From NCBI GenBank assembly GCA_051439505.1, contig JBFRWI010000132.1, positions 18,717 through 82,716 on the forward strand: DNA of 64,000 nt, written 5' to 3'. Below the pieces are notes generated by a model. That model searched no databases. It worked only from the letters and a program-made list of their open reading frames with translations, and was not told the origin of the DNA. Shown piece after piece: positions 34,026-44,428 of the stretch. The position numbers were made by a program, and so were the translations under genes. Origin of the DNA: Hormoscilla sp. (lineage in GTDB: Bacteria; Cyanobacteriota; Cyanobacteriia; Cyanobacteriales; Desertifilaceae). Within the stretch, counting starts at the first letter, position 1. Each line of letters starts with the position of its first letter.

Positions 34026-35507
34026 ATGAAAGATAGAGGATATAATAATTTGTTAGGATGGGGCAAGTATCGTAAAATTCTGATATCTGTGGCTCTGTTT
34101 CTGACTTTTGACCTCGGGGTTTTGATCCCGAATTTGCTCGTCTCTTCCCAACTAAAACAAGATGCGATCGGCATCAACCTCTCAGGTCGTCAGCGCATGC
34201 TTTCCCAACGCACGGTCAAAGCATTGCTGCTACTGCAACTTGCCCATCAGGCTAATAAAGATATTACTGTGGCTCAACAAGAACTGGCGATCGCCTACAA
34301 GTTGTTTGACCAAACTCTGACTGCTTTCAATTCCGGTGGCATGGTAACGGGCGGTGACGGACAAGCTGTTTTTCTCGCATCTGTGGAGAGTGACAAGGCC
34401 AAGAGTCTCGTCAAACAGGCCCTGGAGATTTGGCTCCCTTATCAGCAGAAATTAATCCCTATTTTAACTGCGGAAAATACTATTGACCCAGAAAAGCTGG
34501 CTATTGCGATCGCCTATGGCCAACAGCAGAACCGGCAACTATTGTCCTTAATGAATAGCTTGACATTTGAATTAGAACAGATTGCCAATCACAAAGCTAC
34601 CAATTTGCAGCTATTTCAAACTATTGGGATACTTCTGGCATTGTTAAACTTTTTTATTCTCTTGTATCACACCTTAATAAAATTAAAAGCTAGCGATGCC
34701 GAAATCGCCCATGCCCATGAGAAAATATCGGCCCTGAACCAGCAATTAACAGCGGAAAATCTCCGCCTAAATGCGGAGATAGACGTGACGCGGAAACTGC
34801 AACAGATGATCCTACCTAAAGATCGGGAACTGAGTAAAATTAGAGATTTAGATATTGCTGGCTTTATGGAACCAGCGGCGGAGGTAGGTGGAGACTACTA
34901 CGACGTGCTTCACAGCAATGGTCGAGTAAAAATAGGCATCGGCGATGTTACAGGACATGGGTTAGAATCAGGAGTATTGATGATTATGGTGCAGACGGCA
35001 GTGCGCACTCTTCTGGCCAATAATGAAACGGACCCGGTGAAGTTTTTGAATGCTCTCAACAGCACGATTTACAATAACGTGCAGCGGATGAATTCTGAGA
35101 AAAACCTCACCCTCTGCTTACTAGATTACTCTGGTGGAGTTATTAGTTTGAGCGGACAGCATGAGGAGATGATTGTGGTGCGCTATAGCGGTGTGGTAGA
35201 ATGTATTGATACGATCGACCTCGGTTTCCCGATCGGGCTGGAGTCCGACATTACCGATTTCGTCGCTTCCACGAGGGTAGAGTTGCAGCCAGGGGACGTG
35301 GTGGTGCTGTATACTGATGGGATTACCGAAGCGGAAAATCCGCAAGGAGAGTTCTACGGACTAGAGAGGCTGTGTGAAGTAGTCAAGCAAAACTGGCAAG
35401 GTGATGCTGCTGACATCAGGCAGGCGGCGATCGCGGACCTGCGGCAGCATATTGGGGAGCAAAAGCTGTATGATGACATTACTTTGCTAGTCATCAAGCA
35501 AAAATAG
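34026..35507 (+). CDS. Membrane SpoIIE/PP2C phosphatase with periplasmic PilJ/NarX-like sensor domain
   Basis: TM1, INLSGRQRMLSQR (P-box/N-box-like), TM2, coiled coil, then VGGDYYD, GDVTGHG, LYTDGITE, DDITL; ATG at 34026 preferred because the upstream frame is repeat-derived. Confidence 0.88.
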   Translation: MKDRGYNNLLGWGKYRKILISVALFLTFDLGVLIPNLLVSSQLKQDAIGINLSGRQRMLSQRTVKALLLLQLAHQANKDITVAQQELAIAYKLFDQTLTAFNSGGMVTGGDGQAVFLASVESDKAKSLVKQALEIWLPYQQKLIPILTAENTIDPEKLAIAIAYGQQQNRQLLSLMNSLTFELEQIANHKATNLQLFQTIGILLALLNFFILLYHTLIKLKASDAEIAHAHEKISALNQQLTAENLRLNAEIDVTRKLQQMILPKDRELSKIRDLDIAGFMEPAAEVGGDYYDVLHSNGRVKIGIGDVTGHGLESGVLMIMVQTAVRTLLANNETDPVKFLNALNSTIYNNVQRMNSEKNLTLCLLDYSGGVISLSGQHEEMIVVRYSGVVECIDTIDLGFPIGLESDITDFVASTRVELQPGDVVVLYTDGITEAENPQGEFYGLERLCEVVKQNWQGDAADIRQAAIADLRQHIGEQKLYDDITLLVIKQK

Positions 35508-35554
35508 CAGGCTCTCAGTTTCAACTCGCTAATAGGTATGAACGCTCTTCTGAT

Positions 35555-38050
35555 GTGATTGTGACAGATATTCTCTGGATCCTAGCTTGTTCGGGCTTGG
35601 TCTTCCTGATGCAACCGGGATTTATGTGCCTGGAGTCAGGGCTAACCAGGTCGAAAAACAGCATCAATGTTGCTATCAAAAATATGGCCGACTTTGGCGT
35701 TTCCGCCGCCTTATTTTGGGTGTTTGGTTATGCCCTGATGTTTGGACCCTCCCTCTGGGGGTGGATAGGATCGGCAGGATTTGTCTTACATATAGAGTCT
35801 AACTCAGAACTAGCAGCCTTCTTTTTATTCCAGGCGATGTTTTGCGGCACCGCTACCACTATAGTATCTGGCGCTGTGGCAGAGCGGATGAAGTTTGCTG
35901 CCTATCTGCTCGTCGCTGGTTTAGTTTCCAGTCTGATTTATCCCATATTCGGTCATTGGGTATGGAACGGGGCCCTGTCGGGCAGCTTGACTGGCTGGCT
36001 GGGAAAAATGGGCTTTGTAGATTTTGCTGGCTCCACCGTGGTTCATAGCGTTGGCGCATGGGTTTCCTTAGCTGCTTTGCTGGTGGTCGGACCCCGCGTG
36101 GGCCGCTTTACCTACTCGGGGCGATCGCGCAAGATCCACGGTTCTAACCTGCAGCTTGCTGTCTTGGGGGCAATGCTGCTGTGGATCGGTTGGATGGGGT
36201 TTAACGGTGGCAGCACCCTGGCCTTAAACGAGCAGGTAACCAGCATTATCGTCAATACGATCCTGGCTGGGACAGCTGGCATGATTACTGCCGCCGCGAT
36301 CGGTTGGCATCAGCGCCAAATACCGGAAGTAGAAATGCTGATTAATGGGTCGATCTCGGGGCTAGTATCGATCACCGCTTCCTGTCATGCCGTGACCACC
36401 CCACTGGCGGTGATTATTGGAGCCATTGGCAGCGCGGTGATGCTGTTGGTGGCCTATTGGTTACAGCGCTATCGGATTGATGATGCTGTCGATGCCGTGG
36501 CGGTTCACGGGGGAGCCGGTGTTTGGGGCACCTTGGCAGTCGCCTTGTTTGGTCAGCCGGAGTTACTCAACACCGGTCTCTCTCGGTTGGCCCAGCTAGG
36601 GGTGCAGCTGTTGGGAATTTTAGTTTGTTCCTGTTGGGCATTTTTATTGACATATTGCCTATTGTCTGTTATTGATAAATTCTTAGCTCTGCGGGTTTCT
36701 CCCCAAGAAGAAAAGATCGGTCTGAATATATCAGAGCATCGGGTTAAAGCGGAAATTTACGATCTTCTCCAAGTCATGGAAGACCATGTAAAAACGCAAG
36801 ATTTAAGCTTGCGGGTGCCCGTGGAACCCTTTACTGAGGTAGGGCAAATTGCTTCTCGTTATAACCAGGTGATGGATGCCCTACAGTCAGCATTTACGGA
36901 AACACAAGCTGTTGTCCAAATGGCAACAGATGCGATTATTACCTTCAGCAAACCCTCAATCAAAATTATCACAGCTAACCCCAGTGCCTCCAGAATATTT
37001 GGGTATCATCTCAGTCGTTTAGTGGGGATGGATATCTCAGGATTGCTGATTTTGCCAACTGGGATTACGCCAAACAAACTGCTGCAATATTTATTGACAC
37101 CAGGACGTCATGAAATAGCCGGGCGTCGTGCCACAGGTGAGCATTTTCCTCTGGAAGCTACCGTAACGGAAGTTTTGTTAGGCGATCGCTCTTTCTACAC
37201 GGGCACATTTCGCGACATCAGCGATCGCAAACTGGTAGAAGCGGAACTGGCCAGGGCACACGAAGAAATCTCTGCCCTCAGCCAGCGTCTGCAAGTGGAA
37301 AATATCCGCCTGACTGCCGAACTAGATATCACGCGCCAACTGCAACATATGCTATTACCCAAGGATTCCGAACTGGAACAAATTCCCGGGTTAGATATTG
37401 CTGGCTTTATGGAACCAGCTAATGAGGTAGGGGGCGACTACTACGACGTATTGCAGCACAATGGACGAGTCAAAATTGCCATTGGCGATGTCACGGGACA
37501 TGGACTAGAGTCAGGGGTATTGATGATTATGGTGCAAACTGCTGTGCGGACTCTGCTGGAAAACAATGAAACCGATCCCGTGAAATTCTTGTCTACCCTC
37601 AACCACACGATTTACGACAACGTCCAGCGAATTAATTCCGATAAAAACCTTACCCTCTGCTTGCTAGACTATCAGTCTGGCAGACTGCATTTGAGCGGAC
37701 AGCATGAAGCGCTGATTGTGGTGCGATCGGGCGAAAAGGTAGAACTGATTGATACAATAGATTTAGGCTTTCCCATTGGACTGGAAGCAGACATTACTGA
37801 TTTCATCGCCTCTGCTGAGGTGCAGTTACACCCAGGAAATGTGGTGGTGCTGTATACTGATGGGATTACCGAAGCAGAAGATATTCATAAAGTCCAATAT
37901 GGACTAGAGAGGTTATGTGAAGTGGTCCAGCAAAACTGGCTGCGATCGGCTGCCAAAATCAGGCAAGCGGTTATTGATGACGTGCGATCGCATATCGGCC
38001 AGCAAAAGGTATATGATGATATTACCTTGGTAGTAATTAAGCAAAAGTGA
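35555..38050 (+). CDS. Ammonium transporter (Amt)-PAS-SpoIIE/PP2C phosphatase fusion
   Basis: LESGLTRSKN, SGAVAER, DFAGSTVVH, WMGFNGGS, IDDAVDAVAVHG; PAS (ANPSASRIFGY...FPLEATVTE...FRDISDRK); complete PP2C motifs. Confidence 0.92.
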   Translation: MIVTDILWILACSGLVFLMQPGFMCLESGLTRSKNSINVAIKNMADFGVSAALFWVFGYALMFGPSLWGWIGSAGFVLHIESNSELAAFFLFQAMFCGTATTIVSGAVAERMKFAAYLLVAGLVSSLIYPIFGHWVWNGALSGSLTGWLGKMGFVDFAGSTVVHSVGAWVSLAALLVVGPRVGRFTYSGRSRKIHGSNLQLAVLGAMLLWIGWMGFNGGSTLALNEQVTSIIVNTILAGTAGMITAAAIGWHQRQIPEVEMLINGSISGLVSITASCHAVTTPLAVIIGAIGSAVMLLVAYWLQRYRIDDAVDAVAVHGGAGVWGTLAVALFGQPELLNTGLSRLAQLGVQLLGILVCSCWAFLLTYCLLSVIDKFLALRVSPQEEKIGLNISEHRVKAEIYDLLQVMEDHVKTQDLSLRVPVEPFTEVGQIASRYNQVMDALQSAFTETQAVVQMATDAIITFSKPSIKIITANPSASRIFGYHLSRLVGMDISGLLILPTGITPNKLLQYLLTPGRHEIAGRRATGEHFPLEATVTEVLLGDRSFYTGTFRDISDRKLVEAELARAHEEISALSQRLQVENIRLTAELDITRQLQHMLLPKDSELEQIPGLDIAGFMEPANEVGGDYYDVLQHNGRVKIAIGDVTGHGLESGVLMIMVQTAVRTLLENNETDPVKFLSTLNHTIYDNVQRINSDKNLTLCLLDYQSGRLHLSGQHEALIVVRSGEKVELIDTIDLGFPIGLEADITDFIASAEVQLHPGNVVVLYTDGITEAEDIHKVQYGLERLCEVVQQNWLRSAAKIRQAVIDDVRSHIGQQKVYDDITLVVIKQK

Positions 38051-38267
38051 CCCGATCGACTGCTATGATATAAATTTGATTTGCATAACCGGGGCCAAGC
38101 CCCACGCGACTGCTGCCGACTTCAACTGACAAAAAATCAGGGCGAATTTATCACCCTCTTGATGGGTAATTTGACAATAGTGCTAGCTCTCAGTTATAAT
38201 AAAAAGTAGGGTGGGCACCGCCCACCAGCACCGCCCACCAGTAGCTATACTCATCGCATCATCAACA

Positions 38268-38735
38268 ATGAACAATCTCGCGAACAGTCCCGATATCGCC
38301 CATATATCGAAACTCAAGCAATTGTCGATCGGGCTTCCGGAGAAAATCCCATACATGAGGATGCTAGTATTGTTTGGTTCGAGGGCCAGGGGCGATACCC
38401 ATGCCAAAAGTGATTGGGACTTTGCCGCAGTTTACGATGAAGAAATTCGTTATCTTCAGATTAAAGATAATGGTTTTCGCTGGTTTGAAGTGCCGCATTT
38501 GCTGGGGGAAGCTTTTGCACTCAATCCAGATATGATTGATGTCGTAGATTTAAATAAATGCTCGTCACTGATGGCCCATTATGTAGCACGTGATAGTATC
38601 CTATTATATGAAAAGGATGCGGGTCTCTTTGATGGTTTTCGGTCAAGGGCCTTAAAAAGTGATGCCGAACTGAACGCCATTCGCAAGGCCCTTAGAGAAC
38701 AAGTTGAACAAAATTTACAAAGGTGGGGTGTATGA
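38268..38735 (+). CDS. Minimal nucleotidyltransferase antitoxin (MntA-like)
   Basis: LFGSRARGDTHAKSDWD (GSX10DXD), IDVVDL; ATG at 38268. Confidence 0.88.
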   Translation: MNNLANSPDIAHISKLKQLSIGLPEKIPYMRMLVLFGSRARGDTHAKSDWDFAAVYDEEIRYLQIKDNGFRWFEVPHLLGEAFALNPDMIDVVDLNKCSSLMAHYVARDSILLYEKDAGLFDGFRSRALKSDAELNAIRKALREQVEQNLQRWGV

Positions 38736-39163
38736 CTGAAATTGATCCGGATATTGTTATAAATAAGCTAGTTTTTTTAGATAAATATCTCAAAAAATTA
38801 GCTGACTTTGAGGATTTCAATCTGTCGGAGTATCTCAAGGATTTCAATCAGCAGTTAGTTGTAGAAAGACTGCTACAGTTAACCATTCAAGTGGCGCTAG
38901 ATATCAATAGATATTTACTCAAGCAACTTGAAATAGAGCAGCCCGAGAGTAATTTTGCAACATTTATAGAGGTTGGCAACTGTGGAATCATTACACCGGA
39001 GTTAGCAAAAGTATTAGCCCCTTCGGGAAGTTTACGTAATCGACTGGTTCATCTTTACGAAGAAATAGATCCGATGCGAGTACATACCGATATTAATATA
39101 GCGTTGCAATATTATCCAATTTATCAAAGACAGGTGACAATTTACTTAGATTCGTTAGAATAG
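38732..39163 (+). CDS. HEPN/DUF86 RNase toxin (HepT-like)
   Basis: LRNRLVHLYEEID (RX4HXY); ATGA overlap with the MNT gene. Confidence 0.88.
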   Translation: MTEIDPDIVINKLVFLDKYLKKLADFEDFNLSEYLKDFNQQLVVERLLQLTIQVALDINRYLLKQLEIEQPESNFATFIEVGNCGIITPELAKVLAPSGSLRNRLVHLYEEIDPMRVHTDINIALQYYPIYQRQVTIYLDSLE

Positions 39164-39285
39164 GCTAATACCATTTTTGTAAATATCCCAGGTAGAACCT
39201 GGGAACGAAAGAATTTAGCCCGCGCAGGCGGGCTTTGTTTGTGTAGCCGGACCCTTTAGGGTTCGGGCGGGCGAGGCAGATTACA

Positions 39286-40788
39286 TTAAAAGATTCCTCG
39301 GGCAGTATTCTCCACAAGATAGCCCTTCGATGCAATGAGATTAAGCCCCATCAAATCCCCTGGCTGAAGCTTTGGCAACTGCTGCACGAGGTCGAGAAAA
39401 TTATCCTGTTCTTGACTGTCGATGATTCCTTCAGTCAAGGTCTTGAACTTGTTGATATAATCAGGTCGCTGAAACGGTCGCGCACCATAGGAATGTGCAT
39501 TTGCTACCGCTAGTTGGTCTTCCAGCTTAGAACCATCAGTAAATAAGACCTCAACCCGTGCCCCAAAGGCTCGTTCTTTGGGATCCCGACTGTGATAGCG
39601 TCGCGTCCATTCGGGATCTTCCAGCGTGCGGACCTTCTGCCAAAGGCGAACCGTATCTTCCCGCTGGGCCCGTTCGGGGGTATAAGAATCAAAGTGATGC
39701 CAGCGTCCGTCTTGCAGGGCCACCGCAAAGATGTACATAATCGAATGATCTAGGGTTTCCCGGGTGGCCTTGGGGTTCATCTTCTGGGGATCCCCCGAAC
39801 CCGTACCGATGACATAATGGGTTTGATGGCTGCCGTGAATCACTATTTCCTTAATCTTCTCGAAGTCGTCAATTTTTTCTCCTAGGCGAAATGCTAAATC
39901 GATCAGTCCTTGGGCTTGATACTCCGCAGAATGTTCCTTGGTGTAAGATTCCAGAATTGCTCGCTTGGGTTCCCCAGGTTCCGGGAGTGGCACCTCATAT
40001 AGCGCATCTGGTCCGCTTAAAATCCAAGCAATAATACTGTCTTCCCCTTCGTAAATTGGTGATGGGGAACCCTCTCCCCGCATGCAGCGATCGACCGCTT
40101 CCAGCCCATTCTTGCCAGCATAGGCGGGGGCATAGGCTTTCCAGCTAGATATGTCCGCCTTGCGAGATTGTCGGGTGGTAATTGTCGTGTGGGCCGCCTG
40201 CTGAACGGCTTGGTAGATCGTTTCGGTATCCAGTCCTAACAGGGTGCCGATCGCCGCAGCTGCCGATGGTCCCAAATGAGCAATATGGTCGATCTTGTGC
40301 TCGTGAAGACAAATTCCTTTCACCAGATCGATCTGAATTTCATAGCCCGTAGCAATACCGCGAATCAGATCGGCTCCACTACAACCGCATTGTTGAGCTG
40401 CTGCGATAATGGAGGGAATATTATCCCCCGGATGGGAGTAATCAGCAGCATGGAAAGTGTCGTGAAAGTCCAGTTCCCGTACAGCCACACTATTGGCCCA
40501 GGCTGCCCATTCTGCACATACTTTTGTTTCTGGGGGAACGCCAAATATTGTCGCACCACCACTGCGTAAATGAGCTAAGGCTTGAGCCCGGGCCGTTTGG
40601 ACTGAATGATAGTTCAATGCCGCACATGCTGCTGCGGCATTGTCGATGATGCGGTTGATAATCATTTCCACAACGTCGGAGTCAACCGCCACGGTATCTG
40701 ATGCCACGGCGGCAATTTTCCAGGCCAACTGCTCTTCCCGGGGCAGGTATTCTTTAGAGGGATAGGTTCGGACTTGATTAATTTTCAT
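39286..40788 (-). CDS. prpD: MmgE/PrpD-family protein (2-methylcitrate dehydratase-like)
   Basis: [44 protein letters not shown]. Confidence 0.85.
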   Translation of the reverse strand: MKINQVRTYPSKEYLPREEQLAWKIAAVASDTVAVDSDVVEMIINRIIDNAAAACAALNYHSVQTARAQALAHLRSGGATIFGVPPETKVCAEWAAWANSVAVRELDFHDTFHAADYSHPGDNIPSIIAAAQQCGCSGADLIRGIATGYEIQIDLVKGICLHEHKIDHIAHLGPSAAAAIGTLLGLDTETIYQAVQQAAHTTITTRQSRKADISSWKAYAPAYAGKNGLEAVDRCMRGEGSPSPIYEGEDSIIAWILSGPDALYEVPLPEPGEPKRAILESYTKEHSAEYQAQGLIDLAFRLGEKIDDFEKIKEIVIHGSHQTHYVIGTGSGDPQKMNPKATRETLDHSIMYIFAVALQDGRWHHFDSYTPERAQREDTVRLWQKVRTLEDPEWTRRYHSRDPKERAFGARVEVLFTDGSKLEDQLAVANAHSYGARPFQRPDYINKFKTLTEGIIDSQEQDNFLDLVQQLPKLQPGDLMGLNLIASKGYLVENTARGIF

Positions 40789-40968
40789 GCTTTTTTCGGC
40801 TGTGGAAGTCTGAGAATTGAAAATTGAAAATTGAAAATTGAGAATGGAGAATTGAGCTATTTTCCTTTCGACCTTCGCCCGACCTTAGCAATTATTCATA
40901 TTTATTGCTAAGATGAAAAGTGAGATTATCCCATCCTCATCTTAATCCTCACATTCTTATTCAACGGG

Positions 40969-41721
40969 TTAGTATCGCAATGCACCGCCGTTGATGTGAA
41001 GAGTTTGACCCGTAATGAAACTTGCTGCATCCGAGGCTAAAAAGACGCACATCTTGGCGATCTCTTCGGGTAGTCCCAAGCGTCCTTGGGGGACCATGGC
41101 AATTCGTTTTACCGTTTTTTCATCTGTGGAGGTTCCGAGGGTCGTATCTATGAGTCCTGGAACAATATGATTGACTGTAATTTTTTGTTTGGCTAATTCC
41201 ACCGCTAAAGCTCTCGTCAGGCCGAGTGCTCCCATTTTCGAGGCGCAGACGTGAGACCATTCGGTACGACCGATGAAGGCATTGAGTCCCGATACATTAA
41301 TAATCCGACCCCAGCCAGTAGCTATCATACTGGGCACGACGGCTCGACAACAGAAAAAGGGACCGTCCAAGTTGCCCGCCAGGACGCTGCGCCACTCCTC
41401 TGTCGTCATCTCGGTTATCGGGCTCGATCGCCGCAGTCCGGTATTATTCACCAGAATATCAATTCGACCAAACTCTTCCAATACCCGTGCTACCATAGCC
41501 TGAACTTGGCTTTCATCACCGACATCAGCCAGTAGGGGGATGGCCTTTACTCCTAATGCTTCCACCTCCTTTGCCGTAGATTCCGCTTCTTCGGCACTGG
41601 TGCGGGCATTGACCACCACATCAGCACCTTGCCCTGCCAGTTCCAGGGCGATCGCGCGACCGATATTCCGGCTGGAGCCAGTCACTAGCGCTACTTTCCC
41701 CTGTAAATCTCTTTGAGTCAT
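40969..41721 (-). CDS. Short-chain dehydrogenase/reductase, atypical catalytic motif
   Basis: TGSSRNIG, DILVNN, ITGQTLHING; YxxxK position reads VCASK; ATG at 41721. Confidence 0.85.
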   Translation of the reverse strand: MTQRDLQGKVALVTGSSRNIGRAIALELAGQGADVVVNARTSAEEAESTAKEVEALGVKAIPLLADVGDESQVQAMVARVLEEFGRIDILVNNTGLRRSSPITEMTTEEWRSVLAGNLDGPFFCCRAVVPSMIATGWGRIINVSGLNAFIGRTEWSHVCASKMGALGLTRALAVELAKQKITVNHIVPGLIDTTLGTSTDEKTVKRIAMVPQGRLGLPEEIAKMCVFLASDAASFITGQTLHINGGALRY

Positions 41722-41856
41722 ACTTAAATCCCTAAAACTTTTCCTTTTACTGTCGCTGATTTTTTCCCTTCTGACAACTGACAACTATCAACTGACAACT
41801 GGCAACTTTGAATGGTGGGCGGTGCCCACCCTACCAATCCCCAATCGAAGCCCTCC

Positions 41857-42849
41857 TCAGCTATCTTTAATGGGGGAGATGGCGAGATAACCCTGTCTCA
41901 AGTATTTCTTAATTTTTTTATCTGCTGCCTTAAAAGCTGGCATCCCTTTGTACTCACCTGCCACTACATGAGCATTTGTCTCCGCCGTTCCCAGAAATGA
42001 CTCCATTGTTGCCAGGTATTCCTCTATTTCTGAGAGTCTCGGTGAATAGACCTTATTTATGAATTCCAACTGTTTTGGGTTGATGGACTTTTTCCCCGTG
42101 AACCCAAATATATTACAGGAAAGCAGGGCCTCGTTGCGAGCCTTCTCTGGATCGTTAAATTTTGCCGAAACGCTGTCAAATAGATCCAGCCCGTATTTCT
42201 TACCTGTCATAGTAATGATACCTAGAATTTGCTGAAACAGGGGACTTTCACAAGTAGAGATTCGCTCCACACCCAGATCTGTAGACATATCCCCTATGCT
42301 AAAACCCAGGCCATCCCGTCCTCTTCTGAGAACCTTGGCAATCTCCTCTATTGCCTGTAAACCGGCTATCGTTTCTATAGAAACGATATAATTCTTATCT
42401 TCTCCAATCGTTTCCATGAGTCGTGCAATCTCATGACCTGATTCCCCCTTAGCGATGGTAACTGCATCAAAAGGAAACTGGGCGATCGCCTTAATATCCT
42501 CTTCTAGCTCCTGAGGGTCTCCAGAATTTATTCTCACTATATACTCTACCGGTCCTGGTTTCGGCGGGATTTGGGAAATGCTCTCCCGCGCGACTTTTTT
42601 GAGATCGTAAGGGATGCTGTCCTCTAAATCCCAGATAATCCCATCTGCTGGGATTTCATTGTTTGCCACTTTTTCTCGGAATCGCGGCTTATTCAGAGGC
42701 ACGAACAGATGAGACCGTCGTTTGAACTCAGTGCAGAACTCCCTGTCCGAGCAGTAGCCCTCTATATACCCATATAGCTTTTCCGATATTTCCAAGGGCC
42801 TCCTCTGCTCTGCCTCTGCCAGTACACAATCAAGCTCTAATTTTCCCAT
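41857..42849 (-). CDS. HpcH/HpaI aldolase-citrate lyase beta (CitE)-family protein
   Basis: RSHLFVP, DLEDS, VRIN, SIET, GFTGKKSINPKQ. Confidence 0.8.
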   Translation of the reverse strand: MGKLELDCVLAEAEQRRPLEISEKLYGYIEGYCSDREFCTEFKRRSHLFVPLNKPRFREKVANNEIPADGIIWDLEDSIPYDLKKVARESISQIPPKPGPVEYIVRINSGDPQELEEDIKAIAQFPFDAVTIAKGESGHEIARLMETIGEDKNYIVSIETIAGLQAIEEIAKVLRRGRDGLGFSIGDMSTDLGVERISTCESPLFQQILGIITMTGKKYGLDLFDSVSAKFNDPEKARNEALLSCNIFGFTGKKSINPKQLEFINKVYSPRLSEIEEYLATMESFLGTAETNAHVVAGEYKGMPAFKAADKKIKKYLRQGYLAISPIKDS

Positions 42850-43271
42850 AACTTCTTTGGATCTACATTTTGTGAATTATACTATACCGCTTCCTCTACC
42901 GCTGAAAGCATCTGTGTCCCCAGGTTTTTCCTGGGAGCGCCAATCGCACTACCGGTGGAGAAACCTCGTCCTAGTAGCACAACGGTACCCGTGCATGGTC
43001 CGGCTACAGGTTCCATACCCGCCAGCACCGGCTAGATGACAAAAGTGCAGTGTACCCCATACTCTACCATAGCGGCTGGAACCAGGGTAATAATTTTGCG
43101 CATTGCACTTCGACAGGATTAAACTGAAGCCACGCGCAGTTGTTGTTAATGACTTGTAACAACTGACAACTGACAACTGACAGCTGACAACTGACAACTT
43201 AATTGAGCATTGTCGAATATAATCGATAAATCTCGAAAAGTCAAGCCCTTAGTAAACAGGATTGAGCAGAC

Positions 43272-44390
43272 ATGCACATAGATGGTAAGTATCTTATATC
43301 GATCTGGCAGAAAATTAGAGGGCTAGTAGAGCCATTAGTCCTGGCGGTAGGCGCTGGCTTCCTGTCTAAGTGGATTGGGATTCCTGTAGCATGGCTAGTA
43401 GCGCCTTTGGTGGTGGGCATTGCTTATGCCTTTATTCAAGGTAGTCCCAAACCGATCCCTAAGAGTGCGATCACGGTTGGTAAAGCAATTATCGGCATTT
43501 CTTCTGCGGCTCGCTTCTCCCCAGATACGCTAATGCTAGCAAAGGAATATGCAGTGCCTCTGCTGTTGTGCATTTTGATAACGGGTGGCTTGAGTATGCT
43601 GAATGGTTACCTACTGTGGAAATGGACTGGGCTCGATCGCATGACAAGTTTTTTAGGGTCTATTCCGGGCTCTTCTTCTAACATAGTGGCAATGTGTGAA
43701 GAGTTTGGCGCCGATGCCATGTCAGTGGCAGTGCTTCAGTATTACCGGATGATGTTTGTGGTTTTATTCGTACCCACAATAGCAAGATTTCTGTCTCCCA
43801 CTGCTGCCGCAAACACAACGGCTACCTTGTTGCCGACAGCAGTTAACGAGCATCCAATTCCCATGTATGTGAATTTACTCGTCTTGGCGGCATGTTGTGG
43901 CTTAGGAATTTTACTAGGCAAGTGGCTGAAGCTGCCGACAACAGGATTTTTAGGTTCTTTTCTGCTGGGACTGTTGGTGTTCTGGAGTTTGCCCTACTCG
44001 TTTCACGTACCGCGATGGCTGTTTAATATCGGACTGCTTTTGGTGGGAATATCGGTCGGTCTGAAGTTTGACGATCGGGCAGTCCGCAAGCTTGGGAAAG
44101 CAGTGTTGCTCGAAGTTATTCTTGTGCTCGTACTGATGCTGTGTTGTGTTGGGATCGGCTATGAATTTCATCTGATAACTAAAGTCGATACAATGACGGC
44201 ACTTCTAGGTTTTGTACCCGGAGGCATAGAGGCTATGATTGCGACAGTCACTGAGTTAGGAGGAGACACCGGTATGGCTTTGTCGATCCAGTTAACGCGG
44301 CAGATGTTGATTTTATTAGCCATTAATCTTTTGAACGTCTCGATCAATTTGACAAGAGGTAAAATGACTGAGATCGGTGAGGAAAGCTGA
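43272..44390 (+). CDS. AbrB-family duplicated-domain membrane protein
   Basis: Two halves with GSIPG / GFVPGGIEAM and QYYR / QLTR motifs; about 10 TM segments. Confidence 0.8.
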   Translation: MHIDGKYLISIWQKIRGLVEPLVLAVGAGFLSKWIGIPVAWLVAPLVVGIAYAFIQGSPKPIPKSAITVGKAIIGISSAARFSPDTLMLAKEYAVPLLLCILITGGLSMLNGYLLWKWTGLDRMTSFLGSIPGSSSNIVAMCEEFGADAMSVAVLQYYRMMFVVLFVPTIARFLSPTAAANTTATLLPTAVNEHPIPMYVNLLVLAACCGLGILLGKWLKLPTTGFLGSFLLGLLVFWSLPYSFHVPRWLFNIGLLLVGISVGLKFDDRAVRKLGKAVLLEVILVLVLMLCCVGIGYEFHLITKVDTMTALLGFVPGGIEAMIATVTELGGDTGMALSIQLTRQMLILLAINLLNVSINLTRGKMTEIGEES

Positions 44391-44428
44391 GAATGGATAA
44401 CCAGGATGTTTGGCATTTGTAAATGTTG

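Noticed and set aside
42860..43200. Gene or pseudogene between citE-like and abrB
   Set aside because: Short open stretches with no recognisable motif; partly heptamer repeat
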